In this document: positions 56,831-64,000 of the stretch, one piece after another | How positions within the stretch are numbered: position 1 is the first letter of the stretch | How the letters are laid out: each line of letters opens with the position of its first letter | From: the human T2T-CHM13v2.0 reference genome, Homo sapiens | Assembly (NCBI RefSeq): GCF_009914755.1 | Contig: NC_060930.1 | Direction: 5' to 3' (one strand) | DNA: 64,000 nucleotides | The notes under the pieces: model-generated | What the model was told of the DNA's origin: nothing | What the model saw: only the letters and a program-made list of their open reading frames with translations | The model's database searches: none | Translations under genes and position numbers: made by a program

Positions 56831-59800
56831 TGGCTCTGGCCATTGATGGTCTCATCAGTGATGGGAATGCCACCATCGGTGCTCCCAAGTAACTGATTAC
56901 AACAAGAAGCGTCTTCACAAAGTAGTAGGAATCGCCTTGTTTCTCTGTAATCTGGAAGGATTTAGATGATCTGCCGTGATCGACGTGAATGTATTTTCTG
57001 TCTCTCTCTGACTTTGTCCCTGCTGCCTGTTTCCGTCTGTCTCTTTCTCTGAATCCTTGACTGTCTCTCTGGTTCTCTGTGAGTCTTGCCATCGCGTTCC
57101 TTCTGCACACGTGGAACGCAGCATTTCGGGTTGTTTATTTATCCAGGCGGGCTTTGAGGTTACGGAATATTTTTAAACAACCAACAGCTGGGGCCAGGGA
57201 GCCACCTCTTCTCTCTCGGATCCTCATATCCCTCAAATCATTAAAGCGAGAGAAACTGAAGGAGCTGAAGAGGCAAAGCATGGGCCTGTGAGACCCTCTC
57301 GGGCTCACTATGTATGTTTTAAAGCCCCAGGTGCATGCTGCCCTCGTTTTTCTGATGGGGTAGGCCCTATGAGGGATGTCTGTCGTTTGGTGGGCCCTAG
57401 TCCAGCGTCGGAATTGCCAGCAGCTTTCGCTGGAATGCGTATTTTTAGTACAGCCTAAACCTGTAATAAAAAGGGATTTACATGTACTAGATTTTAATCA
57501 CATACTGTGGACAAACTAATAAGAAAGTTTGCTAGACAGTAAGATGAAACACTGCCAGCATTTTTGCAAACCGGTTATACAAGAGTCTGCCTAACTCTGG
57601 CCAGACCCAGGCAGCTTAGTCTAGAGGTTCAGAGGTGGCCTCTGGAGGCAGCTGCAGCCTGGGTCCCAGCCCTGCTGTCCTGTGTGGGCACTGGGACTGT
57701 CTCTGCACCTGAGATGCCACATCTGGAAGGGCTGTGAAGACGAAGGAAGTAGTACATGGAGCCCTCAGGCCATGCCAGCCCCTGGGGGGCACCGAGCAGA
57801 CCAGCCTCCTCCCACATCCAGGACATGGCCTGGTCCCTTGTTTTCTGTCCTGTCATTTTTGGTGTGGGTGCCACAAAGAACCTCCAGGCGCCCTCTGCAG
57901 GGACTCAGTGTCCAGTCGCTTTTATTTCTGGCAGGGCTTTCCCCTGCCTCTTTTAAATCCTTACAGGCTCTCTTTCTCATTCCCTCGCCTCTTTTTGGCT
58001 GTGCTCTTCCTCTCCCGGGCACTTGACTGCATCTTACTGCACACTCTGCCTTCTGTCCCACAGTGTCTGCCCCTTGTTGCTCTCACTGCTTCCTCTGTGT
58101 GTGAGTCTGAACTCAGACTGCAGATACCTTGTGTGTTGCATACACTCTGCTGTGCGCTGCCCTCAGGAACCCAGCCACTGCTTCACAGTTGTACATTAAG
58201 AGTTTGGACATGGCAGAGATTCGGCCCTGCAGCTGCCTTCTGGTGTGGATTAGCACTTGGGAATGCCTTTGTAACTATTTGGGTATGATGAGGGGGCTAT
58301 TAGTTTCTCATAGGAAAGCAGGTCATTGGAGGGGAGTGGAGGGAGCTGAGATTCGTATCCTTGTTGGAACCAAAACAAACAGGACTTTACTGATTCTCCT
58401 GGTTTCCGCTATCTCTTCATTTCACCAACATTGAATAAGCATCTATGTGTTAAGTGCTGTGACAATAACTAAGTATGTGAAAATATGAGCCAGTCCCCAG
58501 GGATCATTATTAAGAGCAGACCAAGGAGAACTCAAGGCAGACAGTATTGTATTTATCATATTACACAGGTTAAAGAGTAATTTTATATTGGTTAAGAGTA
58601 GAATTAAATTACCAACATTTATGCACCAAATAACATTGCATCAAAATATATAAAGTAAAGGTTGTTAGAAAATGCAAAGGTAATTTGTTACATAATGCTA
58701 GTGAGAAATAATAGCATACATCTGTTTTTCATGGCTCAGGTCAACAAACTGTAAGTAGAGTATGCCAGTGTATAAGTATAATAAATGTATGTTGAACTTC
58801 GTTTTTACAAAGTGTACTTACCATGTTCAACCATTCATGGAACATTTACAAAAATTAATCATATTAAGCCCAAAACACTTTCCAGCGTTCTAAAGGCAGA
58901 TATCACACTGAAAATGTCATCTGATGAAACAATAAAACTAGAAATGAATCACAAAGATAGAAATGTACAAACATACCTAATTGTAATGCTTTTAAAAAAA
59001 ACTTTAAAAAACTTTTATAAATCTTTGTAAAGAAGCTTTTTAAAGAGGCTTTTCATAAATCTTGGGTGACAGAAACTTCAAAACTGCAGTTGTAAAATAT
59101 TTAGAAAATGGCAGTAAGAACAATGCAAAAGAAAACCATGCCATTCAGAATTCTACATTTTAAACATGAGAAATAGTTAATCTAAGCAGAAGAGGAATGA
59201 ACCAGAAGACTGTCGGGTTGCCGGTAGAATCAACAAGGAGGCTGGAGAATGAGGCTCAGAAACCAGGAACAGTGGAGGAGGCTGGGCAGCCCCGCACGGC
59301 CAGTTGCATCTGCAGCAGGATGTTGCAGGAGGCAAGTACCACAGGTAGGACGTTTGCGGCACCACCACTGAGTTCCCTCTGCTGCAGCTCTCGACGAAAC
59401 TCTGACTGTCTTCAAAGACCACAACTCCGGATTCAGACACCTGGGTGGGAGCCCTTGGCCTGTTTTGTTTCCACGCCCAAGCAGACAGCCAGGCGAAGGT
59501 GGCGACTGCCCCACACTCAGCATCTATAATGAGGATGGGAGGATGGGGCCCTGCCTCCCACCTATTTTGGGGTTCTCCCCAAACAGGAAGTTTACTTTAA
59601 TGGTGGATGGCCAATGAAATAAAATACTTTAAAAAGTCTAGTACAAAAAATAAACTGAACTTAGAAGCAAATAAATGAACAAAGCATCCATCTCCAGAAG
59701 GCAGAAAAAGAGCAGCAAATAAACTTAAGGGAAACCATAAGAAAACAATGACTTAGAAAACAGCAACCAATAGGTTGCCAAATCTAATTCTTTGGAGAAC

Positions 59801-60433
59801 AACCAACCAAGGCATTAACGTCTGGTAAGACAAAGAAATTAACAAAGTGCAAGTAACAGATTCAAATGAAACAAATATAGGTGAGATGGTTTTCTATAAT
59901 TATTGAGAAATATATTATTTTGCCGTTGTGTTAACTCTATGCCAATTGATTTGAAAAATCTCAGTGAAACATGATTGTATAGGAAAATGGGCCAAGGAGT
60001 GAGTAGAAAACTGGAATTGATTACTAGCCATGAAAAACTGAAAAGTTTTATGAAGAACCATGTGAGAAAGGTGCTGGGCCCAGACAGCTTACTTCCTATG
60101 TTCTGAGTAGTGTCTGAGAGCTTCGGAAAGGTTGAATGGTTTTTCAGTTCATTTCACCAAAATAGTATAACCCTAACACCAAAACCTTACAAAAATAACA
60201 TGCAGAATAAAACCCCCACCCTTATTTATAAACATTACAACAAGCCAACGTGAAGACATAGCAAACTTAATCTACCAGTATAATAAAGAATTAGTCATGA
60301 CATGGAAGGATGTATTCCAGGAATGTGATTTTTTAATGTTAATAAAACTATTAGTATATCAATAGGTCAAAAGATAAAAGGTATATGTGATCATGATAAT
60401 AGATAATAAAAAGGGATTTGATAAAATGCGACA

Positions 60434-60716
60434 TTTGTTTTGTATTTTTTGTGACAGTCTTGCTCTGTCACCCAGGCTGGAGTGCAGCTCACTGCAACCT
60501 CCGCCTCCCAGATTCAAGTGATTCTCCTGCCTCAGCCTCCCGAGTAGCTGGGATTACAGGTGTGCACCACCACGCCTGGCTAATTTTTGTGTTTTTAGTA
60601 AAGATGGGGTTTCATTATGTTGGCCAGGCTGGTCTTGAACTACTGACCTCAAGTGATTGGCCCACCTTGACATCCCAAAGTGTTGGGATTACAGGCGTGA
60701 GCCACCGCACCTGGCC
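60434..60716 (-). mobile_element. Alu, antisense
   Basis: Reverse-complement dimer with a small deletion. Confidence 0.92.
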
Positions 60717-60764
60717 AAGACATTCATTTGTAGCTATAGAACTCAGTGTATCCAGATTGGAAGG

Positions 60765-61207
60765 TGTGGTAGGCAGAATTCTGGCCCCCATGACTGCCCC
60801 TTCCCCTCACACCCCCCGGGTTGCTCCAATGGTTATGTCACGTTGCTTGGCAAAAGGGACTTTGTAGATGTCATAAAAGGTGACTAATCAGCTGACTTGA
60901 GAGAGTTTATCCTGGATTATCCAAGGGGCCCAGTGTAATTCCAAGAGCCCTCAAGAGCAGAGCTGGAGAGATGCCGCGCAGGAGGCCTGGGTGCCGTTTC
61001 GGAGCAGGATGGAAGGCGGTGAATCCCGCCTCCAGCATGGAGCTCGGGAGAGGCCCTGACTGCAGATGGAGAGGCTGCCCTGGCCGCAGCGCACGGGGCT
61101 CCTGACCCACAAAAATCGCGAGATAATGAGTTCATGTTGTTTGAAAGTCCGTCATTTCTGGTAATTTGCTATATAAAACTATTGCTATACGATTAAAAAC
61201 TAATACA
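60765..61207 (+). mobile_element. MLT1-type MaLR solo LTR
   Basis: TGTGGTAGGCAGAATTCTGGCCCCC...GGCAAAAGGGACTTTGTAGATGT...AACTAATACA; TSD gaagg/gaaga. Confidence 0.8.
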
Positions 61208-61932
61208 GAAGAATATTTCTTTAACATTATGTTAAAAAGGAAAAAAGCTAACATTTTCTTTATAGCAAAACACTGCCATGATTTACATTAAAATTAGGAA
61301 CAAATTAGGATGTCTAGTATCATTACTAATATTTTACAATATCTTTTCTAATTAATGTGGTAATGTAGGAAAATAAACACAAATATATAACTATCAAAAA
61401 AGAAGAAACAAAATCACCATATTTTGTAGCTGACAAGAGCAATAATAACAGTACCAACAAACATTAGAACTAGTTTTTTTATGTTTAGTAGGTTTATCAG
61501 TTACCTAATAAATACATTAAAATAGCATACTATGTATCAGTTAGGAATTGTAATAAAAATCAAGACATGTACTCTCCACAAATTTATTTAAATTTAATGA
61601 ATTATGAGTCGGGGGGCAAGATAAAATAGCTGTGAAATGTAATTAGAAGAATATACAAACAACAAACAATAACATTTCAAACCTAGAACGATGCAAGGAA
61701 ACATGCACTATTTGATATTATGAGGTCCTGTGAAGTCCAAAGATGAGTTACAGAAAGTGACTTCAGGGCCCATGCACATGCTTTCTGTGTGTATGTGCAT
61801 GTGTGTAAGTGATTTCTTCATTGCCCATTTTTGTATTTTCCACATCTCCAAAGTGACCATTAAAATGCACCATTCTTGGTAGGCAGCGTCTTCATTCTGG
61901 CTGGGGAAGGCAGAGATAAAGAATGCATTCAG

Positions 61933-62227
61933 GGCTGGGCGCGGTGGCTCACGCCTGTAATCCCAGCACTTTGGGAGGCCGAGGCGGGCAGATCACAAGG
62001 TCAAGAGATCAAGACCATCCTGGCCAATATGGTGAAACCGCGTCTCTACTAAAAATACAAAAATTGGCTGGGCATGGTAGCACACCCCTGTAATCCCAGC
62101 TACTAGGGAGGCTTAGGCAGGAGAATTGCTTGAACCCGGGAGGCTCGAGGTTGCAGTGAGCCAAGATTGTGCCACTGCACTCCAGCCTGGGGACAGAGCG
62201 AGATTCTGTCTCAAAAAAAAAAAAAAA
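61933..62227 (+). mobile_element. Alu (AluSc-like), first of a head-to-tail pair
   Basis: GATCACAAGGTCAAGAGATCAAGACC; poly(A) tail. Confidence 0.95.
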
Positions 62228-62235
62228 TGCATTCA

Positions 62236-62583
<348 letters not shown>

Positions 62584-63599
62584 CTATGCTGAGTTGCCAA
62601 GGCTAAATAGGAGTTACAGTGTATAGACTACCTGGGGTACTGAACGGTAGGACAGAAGCTCAGGGATGTTCAGGGCAGGCAGGGCATCCAGCCTGGCGGG
62701 GTGTGTGAAAGTGTCAGGAAGGCCGGGCTCCTGAGCATGCAGGGAGCTGCTTACTCTTCACCCGCCATGAGGATGCTTCCTCTGAGCTTTCTGGAGTGCT
62801 ACGTACCCAGGCTGGGTTCTGCTGCTGCTGAGGGCACCAGCCCCTTCGTGCTAGCCTGTCAGTTTTGTCTTAGTGTCTGGAGTTTAGTCGTTTCTTTGTG
62901 GTTTAAGCAACAGGTCCTGTAACTAAACTTAAAAATCAATCAAACAATCTAATCCATGCTTTCGGGTCCAAGCCACCAGTCATGTCTGCACCCTTTGCTA
63001 GTCACTGAGCTCTCTGGAAAGTACCTGCACACCCCAGACCGTGGGGCCATCGTCCCCCTGGGTGTCTGAAGTGGATGTTGCCGTGGCTTACTGCAGGCTG
63101 GGACGTCCACAGTGCTTCATGGCAGTGCCAGGGCCCAGGGCTGGACATGGAGAGTCAGGTGAGGAATCCAGCCATCTCTGTGGAACGCTTTGTGAAGCAA
63201 GTGTTTACAATGAATCCAGAAGCACTTATGGAGTGGCTGCTATGTGCACGTAGAGGGCAAAGAAATTTCACACAGGTTCGTTCCCTGCCCTTAACGAGTT
63301 TTCCACGTAGTTATGAAAAGATAACTAACATCATAAAGAAGTACTTGACAAGGTCGTAGCACTCAGGATGGTCATTTTAGACCAATTCCCGTAAAGGGGA
63401 GAAATGAGAGAAAAGGCTGAAGAAATTAGCTGGCAGCCACACTGAGAGGCCCTTGGATGCCCATCTAGGAAAGAGGGACTTGACTCAGCTGCTGGAGCAC
63501 GATGCTTGAACAGGAGATTGAGAGGGCTGGAATTCAGCCCTAGGAGGACTGATCTGGCATCCGAGTATAAAGTGAGCTGATGACAGGTAGTAGGCAGCT

Positions 63600-63905
63600 G
63601 TTGTCTGATGATGCCGTATTACAAGCACCCTCAAAAACCTCTGTGGCCCTTAACAAGCAGCATTTCTTTTTCTCGTGTGTCTGTGGGACATCTGGGGCAG
63701 CTCTGCGGATTAGGCAAGGCTCGGCCCCGGGCGTTGGTTCAGGTTCAGGTCTCCTCAAATGTTTTTCCAGGACCCAGGCTGAAGGGAGGGCAGCTACCTG
63801 TGGTACTTACTGGCCGCCATGGCCTAGAGCTGAGACATGCAGTATCCCTTACAACCTCTGCCTGTGGCGAAGACTCCATTGTCCAAGGAAGGCACACAAC
63901 ATGTC
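63600..63905. mobile_element. Old MLT1-like LTR remnant
   Basis: CAAAAACCTCTGTGGCCCTTAACAAGCAGCATTTCTTTTTCTCG...CCATTGTCCAAGG resembles MLT1J/K text. Confidence 0.45.
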
Positions 63906-63954
63906 AGTGGGACAGGGAAGGGCACGCCACCTCAAGAGGGAGAGAAGTGAATAC

Positions 63955-64000
63955 ATTTGGCTCTCTGTATTCATGGGTTCCACATCCATGGATTCAACCA
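63955..64000. mobile_element. Start of a MER2/Tigger-like TcMar element (cut by the window end)
   Basis: TTGGCTCTCTGTATTCATGGGTTCCACATCCATGGATTCAACCA. Confidence 0.6.

Larger units (their letters stand above)
58530..61700 (+). mobile_element. Decayed L1M ORF2 relic (discontinuous; hosts an Alu and an MLT1)
   Basis: AACATTTATGCACCAAATAACATTGCATCAAAATATATAAAG and HGTFTKINHI-like EN-domain remnants; A-rich strand bias. Confidence 0.6.

Noticed and set aside
57778-57795. CTCF-like motif CCCCTGGGGGGCAC
   Set aside because: It deviates at the core A of the consensus and cannot be supported without a PWM score or ChIP data.

Overview
This is primate (most likely human) genomic DNA lying entirely within the + strand palmitoyltransferase gene ZDHHC14. 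Only two coding exons are present. 2597-2757 (161 nt) encodes [53 protein letters not shown]. 53000-53158 (159 nt) encodes [53 protein letters not shown], the start of the DHHC cysteine-rich domain. A 50,242-nt GT-AG intron separates them. The rest is intron, dense in repeats: about 19 Alus, a long antisense L1 carrying nested insertions, a complete two-LTR THE1/MaLR element, solo MaLR/ERV LTRs, MIR/L2, hAT MITEs, a 30-bp minisatellite and microsatellites. Almost all ORFs in the track are non-coding artefacts. The most unusual structure is a non-Alu 324-bp inverted duplication (19192-19515 / 20086-20409, 570-bp spacer). Its inner 150 bp are identical while its outer 136 bp differ by about 9%, and a template-switch-like scar sits at one breakpoint. 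It is a candidate recurrent micro-inversion and a long intronic dsRNA. Next most interesting is a promoter-like motif cluster with a consensus splice donor just upstream of the second exon, downstream of a sense THE1 carrying DUX4-type motifs. I see no evidence of a new gene system. Repeat subfamily names come from recall of consensus sequences, not from a search.
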